Of a stretch of DNA of 34,371 bases, positions 17,052-28,205 are shown piece after piece. This DNA is from Methanobacteriaceae archaeon. Its GTDB lineage: Archaea > Methanobacteriota > Methanobacteria > Methanobacteriales > Methanobacteriaceae. The translations under genes and the position numbers were made by a program. The notes beneath the pieces are model-generated. The model did no database searches, was not told the DNA's origin, and saw only the letters and a list, made by a program, of their open reading frames with translations. The DNA is taken from positions 4,644 to 39,014 of the forward strand of contig JBOFHT010000009.1 of assembly GCA_051649785.1 (NCBI GenBank), read 5' to 3'. The stretch's first letter is position 1, and each line of letters opens with the position of its first letter.

Positions 17052-17558
17052 TTATTCAAAAACAACATTAAAGTTATCTTCCATATATTTCATAGTCTCT
17101 TCTGTAGTTGCTAAATGTTTAGCAGGTATTTTTTTTCTTTGGATTTTACGTTTTTTAACCCTATAACCTGGTTTTTCAAATGTAACAGCTACATTCATAC
17201 CAAATATACCAATATCTGGATCATATCTCATTCCAGGCATATCAATATGCTCAGCAATACCAAAAGAAACATTACCTTGAGCATCAAATTGTTTTTTGTA
17301 AAGACGGTTTCCAATACCATCTAAAACCAATTTAATAGCTTCATTTGCTTTTTCACCACGTAATGTAACTTTACATGCAATAGGTTGGTGTTTCCTAATA
17401 CCAAACTCTGGATTAGTAATTGTAGAATAAGTTCTAACCGGATTTTGGTTGGTAAGAGTTTTTAAAAGATTTTCAGCTCTGTTTAATTTTTCTCCACCAT
17501 CACCAACACCAATATTAAGGGTAACTTTAGCTATTAAAACTTGTTCCATGGGGTTCAT
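17052..17558 (-). CDS. rpl5: 50S ribosomal protein L5 (uL5)
   Basis: [32 protein letters not shown]. Confidence 0.93.
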   Translation of the reverse strand: MNPMEQVLIAKVTLNIGVGDGGEKLNRAENLLKTLTNQNPVRTYSTITNPEFGIRKHQPIACKVTLRGEKANEAIKLVLDGIGNRLYKKQFDAQGNVSFGIAEHIDMPGMRYDPDIGIFGMNVAVTFEKPGYRVKKRKIQRKKIPAKHLATTEETMKYMEDNFNVVFE

Positions 17559-18305
17559 CTATTTACCTCCTGGAAGTGAAATTTCAACATTATCTTTACC
17601 AATAACAAAAGCATAATCTTTTAGTGTAATGAAAGTCTTTTTAGAATCATTTTCAACAACAAGAGTATTAGGCTTAGAAGAGTGATTAATTACAATCTCT
17701 TTAATATTACCTATTTCACCTGTATGTTTACCACCAGTAATAAGAACTTTAGAACCTTCTTCAAATTTAAAAACTTCTTTAATTTCTTGTTCTGGAACTT
17801 GTAACTTAACTACATCACCAGGAGTAGCATTAAGATTTTTTGAGTCCTCAGATGAAATAGTTAAATTTCTACCATCATGGAAATTTAATTGAACTTTTGA
17901 GCCAGCCATTACAACTTTGTTTTTAATTTTAACTAGCTTAAATTCTTTTTTCTCTTTAGTTATAGGGTGTAATAATAATCTTCCTTTATGATCAGGGAGA
18001 ACTCTAAAAGTTTCACCTGTTTTTGGAATTTCAATTACATCCATAAATCCAACAGGGAATTTATAGTCCTTAATTACTCTACCATCCACTAAAATATTTC
18101 CAGTATTAATAATTCTTTTAGCTTCTCTTGTATTATCTGCAATAGATAAAATATCCCTAATAACAATATTAAGAGATAATGACTCTGCAATTGCATGTGG
18201 TCCTGGAGCAGGTTTTACTGTCCATGTATTTTCTTTAGGATGGATAGGCCAGTTTTTAGGAGCTTTAAATGTTTTAAGATGCTTTCTTGATCCCATATTT
18301 GCCAT
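17559..18305 (-). CDS. rps4e: 30S ribosomal protein S4e
   Basis: [44 protein letters not shown]7-ATG at 18305 lies right after the L24 stop, so it is preferred over the ORF-track start at 18323. Confidence 0.92.
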   Translation of the reverse strand: MANMGSRKHLKTFKAPKNWPIHPKENTWTVKPAPGPHAIAESLSLNIVIRDILSIADNTREAKRIINTGNILVDGRVIKDYKFPVGFMDVIEIPKTGETFRVLPDHKGRLLLHPITKEKKEFKLVKIKNKVVMAGSKVQLNFHDGRNLTISSEDSKNLNATPGDVVKLQVPEQEIKEVFKFEEGSKVLITGGKHTGEIGNIKEIVINHSSKPNTLVVENDSKKTFITLKDYAFVIGKDNVEISLPGGK

Positions 18306-18306
18306 A

Positions 18307-18660
18307 TTATTCCCTCCTTTCAATTATTTTATTTCTTTTATCATCTTTTAAATCAACATCAATAAGCATTAAATTAGAAGGGTCAATAGGGAGAAATGAA
18401 GAAGTTCCATCTACTTTAGTTAAAGTAACACCTTCAACAGTAACTTTATACTTCTTTATATTAACAGACTCTACTTTTCCTTCATGATCTTTAAACTCGC
18501 CACGAGTTACTTTAACCTTATCACCAGCTTTTACAGGTAAAGATCTAGTATTAAATTCTTCTTTTAAATCTTTACTTAAAGTAACACTCATGGTTTTCCT
18601 ACGAGCATGTAATGGCGCAGTGTAAAGAGCTTTTCTCTGTTTTCTTGGTTGTTTTGACAT
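18307..18660 (-). CDS. rpl24: 50S ribosomal protein L24 (uL24)
   Basis: [22 protein letters not shown]...[21 protein letters not shown] (KOW). Confidence 0.93.
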   Translation of the reverse strand: MSKQPRKQRKALYTAPLHARRKTMSVTLSKDLKEEFNTRSLPVKAGDKVKVTRGEFKDHEGKVESVNIKKYKVTVEGVTLTKVDGTSSFLPIDPSNLMLIDVDLKDDKRNKIIERRE

Positions 18661-18697
18661 TATATCACCATAAATAGTATATACTAGCTACTAGTAG

Positions 18698-19096
18698 CTA
18701 AATAATTATACTTGCTGCGCTTCCTACAGTTGGCCATCTATCTGCTGCTTCTTTAGCAACAGGACCTCTTATTTCAGAACCTTTTAAAACACCTTCAGGA
18801 CTGATAATAACTGCAGCATTATCTTCAAATTTAACACGAAGACCATCAACACGACGATATTCTTTTTTCTGCCTTACGACAACAGCATTAATGACTTCTC
18901 TTCTCATATCAGCAGTACCTTTTTTAACTGAAGCAATGACTAAATCACCGACACCAGCTATATCAAGACGTCTACGGACACCTTTATACCCTTTAACTGA
19001 GATAATTTCAATTTCACGAGCACCAGTATTATCAACACATTGGAGACGAGCACCAATAGGTAATGCTTTAGCTACATTAGAAGTAATTGCTTTCAT
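18698..19096 (-). CDS. rpl14: 50S ribosomal protein L14 (uL14)
   Basis: [28 protein letters not shown]. Confidence 0.94.
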   Translation of the reverse strand: MKAITSNVAKALPIGARLQCVDNTGAREIEIISVKGYKGVRRRLDIAGVGDLVIASVKKGTADMRREVINAVVVRQKKEYRRVDGLRVKFEDNAAVIISPEGVLKGSEIRGPVAKEAADRWPTVGSAASIII

Positions 19097-19426
19097 TTAA
19101 TTATCTCCTTTCTCACCTTTAACTTCAACAAGTACAAAGTGTTTAGTTTTACTTAAAGGTCTGCATTCTGCAATTTTAACTGAGTCTCCAATAGCGACTT
19201 CAAGACAATCAGGTCTATGAGCAATTATTTTTGATTTTCTCTTTTCATATCTTTCATATTTTTTAATAAACTTGTAGAAACTTCTTTCTACAGTAATGGT
19301 CCTTTCAGCTCTATCACTAGTGACAATTCCTTCAAGGATTTGCCCTCTAACAGCTAAAGCTCCATGGAATGGACAGTTAGGGTCATTACATTCAGTTTCT
19401 GGTTTTGGGACATTAAGACCAACCAT
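19097..19426 (-). CDS. rps17: 30S ribosomal protein S17 (uS17)
   Basis: [36 protein letters not shown]. Confidence 0.93.
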   Translation of the reverse strand: MVGLNVPKPETECNDPNCPFHGALAVRGQILEGIVTSDRAERTITVERSFYKFIKKYERYEKRKSKIIAHRPDCLEVAIGDSVKIAECRPLSKTKHFVLVEVKGEKGDN

Positions 19427-19476
19427 TTTATCACCTAAATTTTTTTAAAATTTCATTTCTAAAATTCTCAAAATTT

Positions 19477-19818
19477 CTAAAATTTTTTGAATTTTTTTTT
19501 AATTCTATCTTCGTTTCGGCTAAGTAATATTTTCCCTCTAATCTCAATCAAAGATCCATCTTTTAATTGGAACAAAAAAGTAGAAACATCTTTTGGAACA
19601 ATCTTTTCATTAGAACTTTTATCAGAACTTATATTATTTTCAATATTTGTTCCTAACAAGTATTCCTTTGAATTTCCCATAACAACTATCTTAATAGTCT
19701 TTTTGGTTTCATCAATTACTTTTCCTTTAATACCAATTAATGATTTATTAGAGCTTTCTATAACTTTAACATACAATCCTATTAATTCATGACGAAATAT
19801 GTTACTTGAATTTAACAT
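19477..19818 (-). CDS. rnp1: RNase P protein component 1 (Rpp29/Pop4)
   Basis: FRHELIGLYVKVIESSNKSLIGIKGKVIDETKKTIKI shows the Sm-like Rpp29 pattern. It occupies the conserved slot between SUI1 and S17. Confidence 0.85.
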   Translation of the reverse strand: MLNSSNIFRHELIGLYVKVIESSNKSLIGIKGKVIDETKKTIKIVVMGNSKEYLLGTNIENNISSDKSSNEKIVPKDVSTFLFQLKDGSLIEIRGKILLSRNEDRIKKKFKKF

Positions 19819-19890
19819 ATAAATCAGAACAGTGATTATTGAATTAAATCAAAGAATAATAAGGTAGAATTAATTTACAATGCGTAAAAT

Positions 19891-20226
19891 TTATCTTCTA
19901 CGTTTGTCATTCTTTTTAGCATCACGAATTTCAATAGTATCAGAAGAGAATCCCATATTAGATAAAACTTCTTTAACTTTTCTTTTGTGATCACCTTGGA
20001 GCTCAATTTGACCTTTTTTGGCTGTACCACCACAGGCACATTTGGCTTTCAGCTCTTTGGTAAGCTCTTTTATATCAATATCGTGTTCATCAATACCTTC
20101 TACAATGGTCATGAGTTTTCCAAATCGCCTTCTAACAGTAAATACCTTTACAGTTTGAACTTCACGAGCGATTTCCTCACAAACACAAAGTTCTTCGGGA
20201 AGACCACAAACATCACAAATTTTCAT
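19891..20226 (-). CDS. Translation initiation factor aSUI1/aIF1
   Basis: [45 protein letters not shown]. Confidence 0.9.
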   Translation of the reverse strand: MKICDVCGLPEELCVCEEIAREVQTVKVFTVRRRFGKLMTIVEGIDEHDIDIKELTKELKAKCACGGTAKKGQIELQGDHKRKVKEVLSNMGFSSDTIEIRDAKKNDKRRR

Positions 20227-20433
20227 TTAGTTCTCCTTCTGTTTTTCACTTATAATTGTAAGAACACGAGCTATAGTCCTTTTAAGTTCTACAACTTTTC
20301 CAGGATTTTCATTAATTCCTGCTGCAGCACTTTTAGAAATATTTTTAGCTAGTTCTGCTTTGAGTTCTCCTAACTTAGTTTGGAGTTCTTCAACGTCCAT
20401 TTCCCAAAGTTCCTTACTTCTTAAAATTGCCAT
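20227..20433 (-). CDS. rpl29: 50S ribosomal protein L29 (uL29)
   Basis: MAILRSKELWEMDVEELQTKLGELKAEL. Confidence 0.92.
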   Translation of the reverse strand: MAILRSKELWEMDVEELQTKLGELKAELAKNISKSAAAGINENPGKVVELKRTIARVLTIISEKQKEN

Positions 20434-20473
20434 ATTATCATCTCAAAATATAAAGTATAATTAAGGAATATGA

Positions 20474-21397
20474 TTATTTATCAGAATCATCGGAATTTTT
20501 GGACTCTTCAGCATCAACAATATCCGCATCAGCATCTTTAGTGTCCTTTTCAGAATCATCATTGTTAACAGCTTCATCTGCCGCTTCTTCAACAACTTCC
20601 TCTTCAAGGTCTTCAAGTTCCTCTTCAAGAGCTTCTAACTCATCTTCGTCATCAAGTTCTTCTTCAATAACAACATCGTCAACAACAACATCATCATTAG
20701 ATACTTCAGCATCACTTTCAGTACTAGGTTCATCTGCAGTAGAAGTAGAGTCAACACCAGCAGTTAAAACTGCATCAGCATTACTATCACTAATCTCAGT
20801 AATACTAGGAGCTATAATATCAACACTATCGGGTAAAACAGCACCAGGAGGCATAATTCTAACGAATACACCTAAAACACCAGGTTTTAATCTTACTGTT
20901 GAAAAACCTTCTTCAACAAAACGAGTTGATGGTTCACCACATTTTTTGATATAACCTTCAATAAATTTAGAAGTAGCTGATCTGGAACCTCTAATTTTAC
21001 CAGAGATAGTTACTTCAACACCTTGAGCTCCAGCACCCATAATTCTTCTTATGGTACTGTAAGCTACTCGTCTAAAGTGCATACCTCTTTGCAACATATT
21101 AGCTATTTTTGAAGCCATAATACGTGGGTTAAGTTCAGGGGATTTTACCTCTTTAACTTCAACTTGAGGGTTATCTAATCCAAAATCATTTTTAAGAGTA
21201 CTTGTAATAGCTCTAACAGTTTTTCCACCTCTACCAATAACCATACCAGGTCTTTCAGCAAAAACCATTACCATAGTACCTAAAGGAGTTACTTGAACAT
21301 CCATTCCACCGTACCCTGCTCTTTCAAGTTCATCTTCAAGGTATTCATCAATTCTTGTTCTTCTAAGGCCTTCTGTAACAAAATCTTTTTCTATCAT
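20474..21397 (-). CDS. rps3: 30S ribosomal protein S3 (uS3) with an acidic low-complexity C-terminal tail of about 100 aa
   Basis: The KH domain and S3 core (GYGGMDVQVTPLGTMVMVFAERPGMVIGRGGK...) are followed by SDSNADAV...EEELDDEDELEALEEELEDLEEEVVEEAADE...DDSDK. Confidence 0.93.
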   Translation of the reverse strand: MIEKDFVTEGLRRTRIDEYLEDELERAGYGGMDVQVTPLGTMVMVFAERPGMVIGRGGKTVRAITSTLKNDFGLDNPQVEVKEVKSPELNPRIMASKIANMLQRGMHFRRVAYSTIRRIMGAGAQGVEVTISGKIRGSRSATSKFIEGYIKKCGEPSTRFVEEGFSTVRLKPGVLGVFVRIMPPGAVLPDSVDIIAPSITEISDSNADAVLTAGVDSTSTADEPSTESDAEVSNDDVVVDDVVIEEELDDEDELEALEEELEDLEEEVVEEAADEAVNNDDSEKDTKDADADIVDAEESKNSDDSDK

Positions 21398-21399
21398 AA

Positions 21400-21861
21400 C
21401 TAGGCATCCTCTAAAACTATTTGTACATGAGTAGTTGGTGTATTAAATGGAGTTGCTCTCCCAAATGCTCTTGGAATTCCTCCTTTTATAATAAAACCTC
21501 TGTGGCTAGAAATATGTTGAATTTTTAAGTTTTCAGCATCTAATCCTTTATATTCAGCATTAGCTTCAGCATTATCTAAAACATTCAATATTGCTTTAGC
21601 TGCTTTTTGAGGATATCTACCACTTGGCCATCCGACTAAACCTTTTCTGTGACCTACTTTTTTATTGTGTCTTTTAAAAGCAACTGCCCTTTTCAGTTCA
21701 ATAACTTCATTTAAGTAGTTTTTAGCAGTTTCTAATTCCATTCCACGAATTTCACGGCAAATCTCAACAGCATGCTTTGGAGATATTTTAAGAGACCTTC
21801 CCATAGCTTTTGCTGTTTTAGCTTTATTTTCTTCTTGGTGAGCATATTTAATATTAGCCAT
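21400..21861 (-). CDS. rpl22: 50S ribosomal protein L22 (uL22)
   Basis: [34 protein letters not shown]. Confidence 0.93.
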   Translation of the reverse strand: MANIKYAHQEENKAKTAKAMGRSLKISPKHAVEICREIRGMELETAKNYLNEVIELKRAVAFKRHNKKVGHRKGLVGWPSGRYPQKAAKAILNVLDNAEANAEYKGLDAENLKIQHISSHRGFIIKGGIPRAFGRATPFNTPTTHVQIVLEDA

Positions 21862-21873
21862 AATTTAGTCTCC

Positions 21874-22299
<426 letters not shown>

Positions 22300-22476
22300 T
22301 AAGTCACCTCCTAAGTAACCTTATTGTTTTGAATTTAACTAAATAAATTTCAATAAATTAAGAATGAATCTAAAGAAATAAAATCATGATTTTAAATATC
22401 CAACATCTACAAAAACATTGGAAAATTTAATATTGTCAGATTAAATTTCAATAGAATAAATTCAATTATATTAAAA

Positions 22477-23202
22477 TTATCTCCTCTTCCCTGTTCTTCT
22501 AGCTGCAATAGAACCGACTTTACGACCTGGTGGTGCATGTCTTGAAACTGTAGTTGATTTACCAGGATGTTGCCTGTTTCCTCCTCCGTGAGGGTGATCA
22601 ACTGCATTCATTGCAACTCCTCTTACAGTCATAAACTTCTTACCTTTTGCCTTGTAAGCATGCCATCTATTACCTGCTTTAAGGAACGGTTTCTCTTTTC
22701 TTCCTCCACCAGCTACAACACCAACAGTAGCCCTACAGTTAGGATGGAAAGATTTTAACTCACCAGATGGAAGCTCAATAACAGCTTTATCTGAATCATG
22801 AGTAATCAAAGAAGCATAAGTACCAGAAGACCTAACTAATTTTCCACCATCTCCAGGTCTATTTTCAATATTGAAAACAGGAGTTCCTTCAGGAATTTGA
22901 GCTAATGGTAAAGAGTTTCCGGGACTAATTGATGCAGATATACCACAAGCAATTTCGTCACCAATTTGAATTGTTTCAGGAGCTAAAACAAGCATGGATT
23001 CATTGTTTTCAAACTTAACTTTAGCTACAGGTGCAGTTCTTCCAGGATCGTGCATAATATCCACAACTTCCCCTTTTAAACTACCTTCTCTTTCGATTTT
23101 ATCGAGGTTTCTGTACTGTATTTTACCTTTGAATCTGTGAGAAGCACTACGGTAAGCAGGAGTTCCTCTTCCTCTTCTTTGATGTATTAAACGTTTTCCC
23201 AT
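22477..23202 (-). CDS. rpl2: 50S ribosomal protein L2 (uL2)
   Basis: MGKRLIHQRRGRGTPAYRSASHRFKG...MNAVDHPHGGG. Confidence 0.95.
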   Translation of the reverse strand: MGKRLIHQRRGRGTPAYRSASHRFKGKIQYRNLDKIEREGSLKGEVVDIMHDPGRTAPVAKVKFENNESMLVLAPETIQIGDEIACGISASISPGNSLPLAQIPEGTPVFNIENRPGDGGKLVRSSGTYASLITHDSDKAVIELPSGELKSFHPNCRATVGVVAGGGRKEKPFLKAGNRWHAYKAKGKKFMTVRGVAMNAVDHPHGGGNRQHPGKSTTVSRHAPPGRKVGSIAARRTGKRR

Positions 23203-23232
23203 TTTTTTTTCTCCGAATTAGAATATTTAACT

Positions 23233-23493
23233 CTAGAATACTCCCATTTTAACAGCAACATCTTCTGCTTTATTAGGTTCTTTTAACTTAATATAAGCTA
23301 ATTTTAAACCTTTAGAGTTGATGTGTGTATTTACTCTTTCTACTTCTTCACCAAATAATGTTTCAAAAGCTCTTTTTATTTTAGATTTTTCACTTTTAAT
23401 TAAAACAACAAATGTAAGTTCATTATTTTGGTCAATTAAGTTCATTGTTTTCTCAGAAATATGAGGTCTGACAATAACTGAATAAGGATCCAT
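23233..23493 (-). CDS. rpl23: 50S ribosomal protein L23 (uL23)
   Basis: MDPYSVIVRPHISEKTMNLI. GGTGGA-N4-ATG at 23493 is preferred over the ORF-track start at 23535. Confidence 0.9.
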   Translation of the reverse strand: MDPYSVIVRPHISEKTMNLIDQNNELTFVVLIKSEKSKIKRAFETLFGEEVERVNTHINSKGLKLAYIKLKEPNKAEDVAVKMGVF

Positions 23494-23588
23494 AATATCC
23501 ACCTTCTTAACTATCTTAATAGATAATAATAGCAATATACTTAATAGAATAATAGAATTAAACTAAAAGTATTATAATTGCTAAAAAT

Positions 23589-24353
23589 CTATTGGAATAG
23601 TTCTCCTAATTTTTCAACAGCGGATTTGGTAAAAATAGTTAAACGACCAGGGTGAGTACCAGGAGCTAATAATTCAGCATTTAAGTTGTCAACAACAACA
23701 ATGTCGACACCCGCATGATTTCTAGCACCTAAACTAATACCCTTATCTTCACCTATAACTATGAGAGGTCCCTTAGGAGATTTATATTTCCTTCCTCTCA
23801 TTTTACCTTTACCTGCTCTTATTTTTTTACCTTTCTTAGCTCGTGTAATATCATCAATAATTCCTAAAGCTTTAAATACTTCACGAGTTTCACTAGTCTT
23901 TTTAATAGAAGAAATTTCATCATCCACAATTAATGGTAATTGAGGAACATTAGCTACTTGGTGACCTCTATTTTCTACTAATTCATTTCTGGTAGTAGCA
24001 GCAATAGCAGATCTAATAGCGAATCTTCTTTCTTTTATATTAATTTTTTCATGATAATTCTTAGTAGGACGAGGCGGGTGAGCTTTTCTACCACCAACAG
24101 CTTGTGGGATAAATGCTGCTCTTGAACCGTTCTTTATCCTTGGAAGCATAGCTGCTCCTCTTCCAGAACCCCAAGACACAGCAGAAGTTCTTTTTCCTGC
24201 CATAGGGTCACTACCCCAAGGTTGAATTCTTGCGGTTTGTGAAGAGATAACTGCTCTTTTTATAAGATCAGGTCTGAATTCTTCCTCAAATACACTAGGG
24301 AGTTCGATTTCACCTGAAACTTCTCCTTTAATTGAATAAACATTAACTTTCAT
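23589..24353 (-). CDS. rpl4: 50S ribosomal protein L4 (uL4)
   Basis: [35 protein letters not shown]. Confidence 0.93.
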   Translation of the reverse strand: MKVNVYSIKGEVSGEIELPSVFEEEFRPDLIKRAVISSQTARIQPWGSDPMAGKRTSAVSWGSGRGAAMLPRIKNGSRAAFIPQAVGGRKAHPPRPTKNYHEKINIKERRFAIRSAIAATTRNELVENRGHQVANVPQLPLIVDDEISSIKKTSETREVFKALGIIDDITRAKKGKKIRAGKGKMRGRKYKSPKGPLIVIGEDKGISLGARNHAGVDIVVVDNLNAELLAPGTHPGRLTIFTKSAVEKLGELFQ

Positions 24354-24364
24354 AAAACCACTTC

Positions 24365-25378
24365 TTAGACACCTTGTTTAGATCTAGTACTAATGTAATT
24401 AATTTCAGGTGCTTCATTAGACTTTCCATGAGGTCTCATAGCTTTTCTTAAAATAACTAAACGTTTTTTAGGACCTTGTAGAGAACCTTTAACAATTACA
24501 TAGTCATTTTTAACTAAGCCGTATTTAATAAATCCACCATCTGGATTAACTGCATCAACTTCTGAAGCTTCACCAATTTTTAGGATTTTCTTGTTGAATT
24601 CAGTACGTTTATGGTAACCCATTTGACCTGCTTGAGCTACAGTCCACATAGTTCTTGAAGGGGTCCAAGGACCGAGAGAACCTACATGTCTTCCTTTACT
24701 ACTACGAGCTGCTTTACCATACTGTATTCTGATTCCCCATCGTTTAATTACACCTTGGAAACCTTTACCTTTTGTGATAGCTATGGAATCAACAAATTCC
24801 CCATCATCAAAAACATCCTTAGCAGTAATTTCGGTTCCAAGAAGTGCAATAGCTACTTCAAGTTTTTCTTCAACAGTTTTACCACCTATACCACATTCGA
24901 ATATCTCAGGTTTCTTTTTAGGAATACCAGAAACATTTTTTGGGTTAGTGTGAATAAGAATACGAATATCTTCAGTATATTCTAAAGCTTCTTGGATTTT
25001 CTCAATAGCTACATCCTTATTATAATCTTTAGGAATTGAAATTTTCCTATTTAATTCTTTGTCTAAATTATCTGAAAAAGCTTCAGTTATAGCTTTAAGT
25101 CCATGAGTAGTTTTTTCATAAGACCTAATCCCCATAACATTCATAGCTGGAACTTCCAATATAGTTACTGGTTCAACAATCTCCATTCCTTCCGTAGGGG
25201 AATTTTTTGCATTGTCAACCATCATAACATGACTCATACCTACTTTATAACCAGCAAGACCTAATAATTTAGGTTCATCTGCTTGAGGCCATGATTTTAT
25301 TCTTGGAGTCTCTTTTGCAGCTCTTTTCCTAGGACTGAATGCTACAGATCCTTTTCTTGGCTGATGATGTCTAACCAT
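24365..25378 (-). CDS. rpl3: 50S ribosomal protein L3 (uL3)
   Basis: [17 protein letters not shown]...GYKVGMSHV...[20 protein letters not shown]7-ATG. Confidence 0.95.
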   Translation of the reverse strand: MVRHHQPRKGSVAFSPRKRAAKETPRIKSWPQADEPKLLGLAGYKVGMSHVMMVDNAKNSPTEGMEIVEPVTILEVPAMNVMGIRSYEKTTHGLKAITEAFSDNLDKELNRKISIPKDYNKDVAIEKIQEALEYTEDIRILIHTNPKNVSGIPKKKPEIFECGIGGKTVEEKLEVAIALLGTEITAKDVFDDGEFVDSIAITKGKGFQGVIKRWGIRIQYGKAARSSKGRHVGSLGPWTPSRTMWTVAQAGQMGYHKRTEFNKKILKIGEASEVDAVNPDGGFIKYGLVKNDYVIVKGSLQGPKKRLVILRKAMRPHGKSNEAPEINYISTRSKQGV

Positions 25379-25425
25379 TTTTAACCTCCTTTCTAAAATT
25401 CTTCTGTTATTTATTAGTAGATTTA

Positions 25426-25440
25426 TATTTAAATTTACTT
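25426..25440 (-). promoter_or_regulatory. Candidate BRE/TATA box of the ribosomal protein operon
   Basis: The minus strand reads AAGTAAA-TTTAAATA, with the TATA box about 48 nt upstream of the L3 ATG. That would leave a short leader containing the AGGAGG RBS. TATA-like strings are very common in this AT-rich spacer, so the call is weak. Confidence 0.3.
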
Positions 25441-25844
25441 AAATTACTTAACTTATGTTAAATTACTTAATTTATTTGATAATTTTAACATATGTAAAAA
25501 TATACAATATAATATTATTAATATAATCTGAATAAATCTCATAAAACATATCTAAACTCATTTATATTATCTATTGATAGTAATTAATATTATTAGTACT
25601 ATCATAGTACGGTAATCACTACAATCATAGATTAATTAAATTATCTAACTTAAATTATAGTATTAGTTAATTATATTACTATTTTTATTTAAAATACTAC
25701 TATTAATACTTTGATTAGTACTATTTGGCATATTAATACTATAATTAATATCACTCTAATTAATATTAGTAAAAATAAGAAATAGACTAATAAACAAATA
25801 GTATTGAATAAATAGTAATTTTAATACTAATTATAATAATAAAA

Positions 25845-26039
25845 CTAGATATTATACTAAATACTATGGTAACTTATTACTAGATAAACTGGATACTAAT
25901 CTAAGATAATTAATCACTTGGAAAAACATGACTAGAGAAAATCTAGGCAAAGACTAGACAAAGATGATGACTAGATGAACATAGCTAAAGCTAGAACAAC
26001 TAAAACCAGTAAATAAAGCAAATAGGACACTATAGCTAG
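25845..26039. repeat. Degenerate short repeats seeded by (G)ACTAGA; a local CTAG cluster in an A-rich, T-poor tract
   Basis: Eight CTAG tetramers occur at 25845, 25880, 25932, 25943, 25954, 25971, 25991 and 26036. The words gactagag, gactagac and gactagat are spaced 17-22 nt apart. Confidence 0.6.
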
Positions 26040-26678
26040 TTAGAACACTATAATAAGTGACATAACAAGTAATATAACAAGTATAGATAGTAAAAACTAT
26101 TTTTATTTAAATATTTATTATATTTATTCAAATATTATATTCAAATACTATATTTTATTATATAATTTATTTCAGATTAATAGCACGATAAATAGAGGGA
26201 ACATGCATATAACATATCTACGAATACAACCATTTAGCAATAGCTAATTTCCATAAAATTCAGTTTATGAAAACATTATTGAGTAAATATTATACTTAAA
26301 TTAGGTTATAGCTTATAAATTCTTATTAAATAATAAGTAAATAAGTTATAAAAATAGATATTTAAGCATAGCGTTATATTATGGTAAATTTAATTCCATA
26401 TCTCGTAACTCTATTAATTAATTGAAATAATTAATATCTATGAACTTATATGAATTTAATCATTGATTTAACTTATGGTTAATATTAAATCTAATTATTA
26501 TTTAATATTAATTGTTTTTGGATTGTAATTTTATTTTTTATTGAGTTTTCTTCACAATAGCTATAATTATGAATATTAATTAAATATTTTATTAATCAAA
26601 TATTGGTAAAACAATATTTTGCTAATTTTTTAAATATTTTAATTAAATTTTTAATTAATATATTTTATTAATTTAATA

Positions 26679-27533
26679 TCATGATAAAAATATCATGTTA
26701 AATATAGATAAAGTGGCAAAAACTGCCTCTTCAGTCCTTACAGTTTTTGTACCTTGATTAGGTATTGTATTAACTTTGATAAGATTCCAATTTGGGCTTT
26801 CAATATCATCACTAATACTAGAGTAAGGACCACCAAACAAAATAGCTAATTGCTTGGAGTCTGATTTAATTGAGTGAATAGCATTTTCAATATCATCTGA
26901 TATATTAGATATATCAGGTGCATTTTTTGAAGTGCTGATGACTAAATCAGGATTAATTAAATTTAAACTTTTTTTAATGTTTTTATTTGTAGCTACTGTT
27001 TCATAGCCCCAGTACACACCAGTAGGACTATCTGGTTCCACTATTACTTCTTTAGCTATTTTAATAATTTTAAAACTAAAGATTTTATTAACAGATAGCT
27101 GTTCTTTGCATAAAGCTAATTCATCTATACCAATATCCACATAAGTACCTTTTTTAGTTCGCTTTACAGTAAATCCCTTTCTATAATCACCGAGTTCTCC
27201 ATGTTCAGTTGGGTGGTGAGGAGTTCTAAGGGGTGGAACAATTCCAATGTGCATTAGCTCCTTTTGAATAGGGAATGCTTTTTTTCTTAAGTACTGTGGA
27301 GTATCCATATAACTAAGAATTGTAGAGATAAATTCTGCCTCTTTTTTTGATGACTCCCCTTTATTATCATCATTGTTGTCTTTGTAAATTACAATTTTAT
27401 CAACATTGAAAACTGCAGCTGCTCTTCCGATAAGCCCTATTTTAGATGTTTTCAATTTTAAATCCTTTGTTTCACTAAGAAATGAGTCAGGAATAAATAT
27501 TGACAGTTGAGTTTTATCTAGATCTTTATGCAT
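26679..27533 (-). CDS. SPOUT-superfamily putative RNA methyltransferase (COG2106, MTH1/SPOUT1-like)
   Basis: LSIFIPDSFLSETKDLKLKTSKIGLIGRAAAVFNVDKIVIY...LAILFGGP...NQGTKTVRTEEAVFATLSIFN. Its position directly upstream of rpl3 matches what I recall for Methanothermobacter MTH1. Confidence 0.7.
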   Translation of the reverse strand: MHKDLDKTQLSIFIPDSFLSETKDLKLKTSKIGLIGRAAAVFNVDKIVIYKDNNDDNKGESSKKEAEFISTILSYMDTPQYLRKKAFPIQKELMHIGIVPPLRTPHHPTEHGELGDYRKGFTVKRTKKGTYVDIGIDELALCKEQLSVNKIFSFKIIKIAKEVIVEPDSPTGVYWGYETVATNKNIKKSLNLINPDLVISTSKNAPDISNISDDIENAIHSIKSDSKQLAILFGGPYSSISDDIESPNWNLIKVNTIPNQGTKTVRTEEAVFATLSIFNMIFLS

Positions 27534-28205
27534 TTATCAATATATGTTTTATAAGTATATAAACCTTAGCATATGCATATAGTAGCATAGCTAAGTCAAT
27601 CTCAAAAAGATTTATAATGATTATTTAAGGGGTTAATTAAAATTCTGAAGAAATTCTAAAAAACATATAAATATTTTATTAATCATTTTAAGAAAGGTTA
27701 AGTAAATTTAATATATTTCAAAGTTCCATTATTATTCCATAAAATATTCCACTAGTTTTACAAAATACTCCTAAAATCAATTTGAAATTATGATTATTGT
27801 GCATTGAACTAATGGGTATAGATAATAGGAAAAAATATATTAATAAAATATATGTAAAAAGTTATATTTAAATGTTTTTATCAGTTATCTACTCTGTAAA
27901 TTTAAGGATTTTTTAAAGTAAATTTTTATAAAAATTCAAGAAATTATTTAGAATATTTAAAGTAATTTATTAAATTTAGTTAAGATTTAGTAAAGATTTA
28001 GTATTTAATTGCTTAAGTTGACAGAGTTGATCAGTTATATCTAAAAGTGGTCAAAGTGTTAGCTATTGGAAAAATATTGGAAAAAATTAATTAAAAAACA
28101 GTTTAAAATCAAAAATTAACCTTAAAAAACTAAAATACTAGTAAAAGTTTTATTAATAGAATAAAAAAGCTACCTGTCAAAAGAATTAGTAGCCTAGCTT
28201 AAAAA

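Noticed and set aside
20499-20954. 151-aa serine-rich ORF on the + strand.
   Set aside because: It is the exact antisense image of the GAA/GAT-rich acidic tail of rps3; TCx/TTC codons mirror GAx. It has no RBS and no independent support.
25964-25970. ATGATGA (C-box-like) in the long L3 upstream spacer, as a possible C/D box sRNA.
   Set aside because: No CTGA D box lies within the following 80 nt or so, there is no terminal stem, and there is no second C'/D' pair.
25931-25975. ATG-initiated reading through TAG codons in the CTAG block (pyrrolysine-style read-through).
   Set aside because: The CTAG words fall in different frames and TGA/TAA stops follow quickly. Methanobacteriales are not known to encode the Pyl machinery.
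25379-26678. Replication origin in the 1.3-kb AT-rich ORF-free region.
   Set aside because: There is no adjacent cdc6/orc1 gene, and I could not identify ORB-like inverted repeats with G-strings. AT-richness alone is not diagnostic in this genome.
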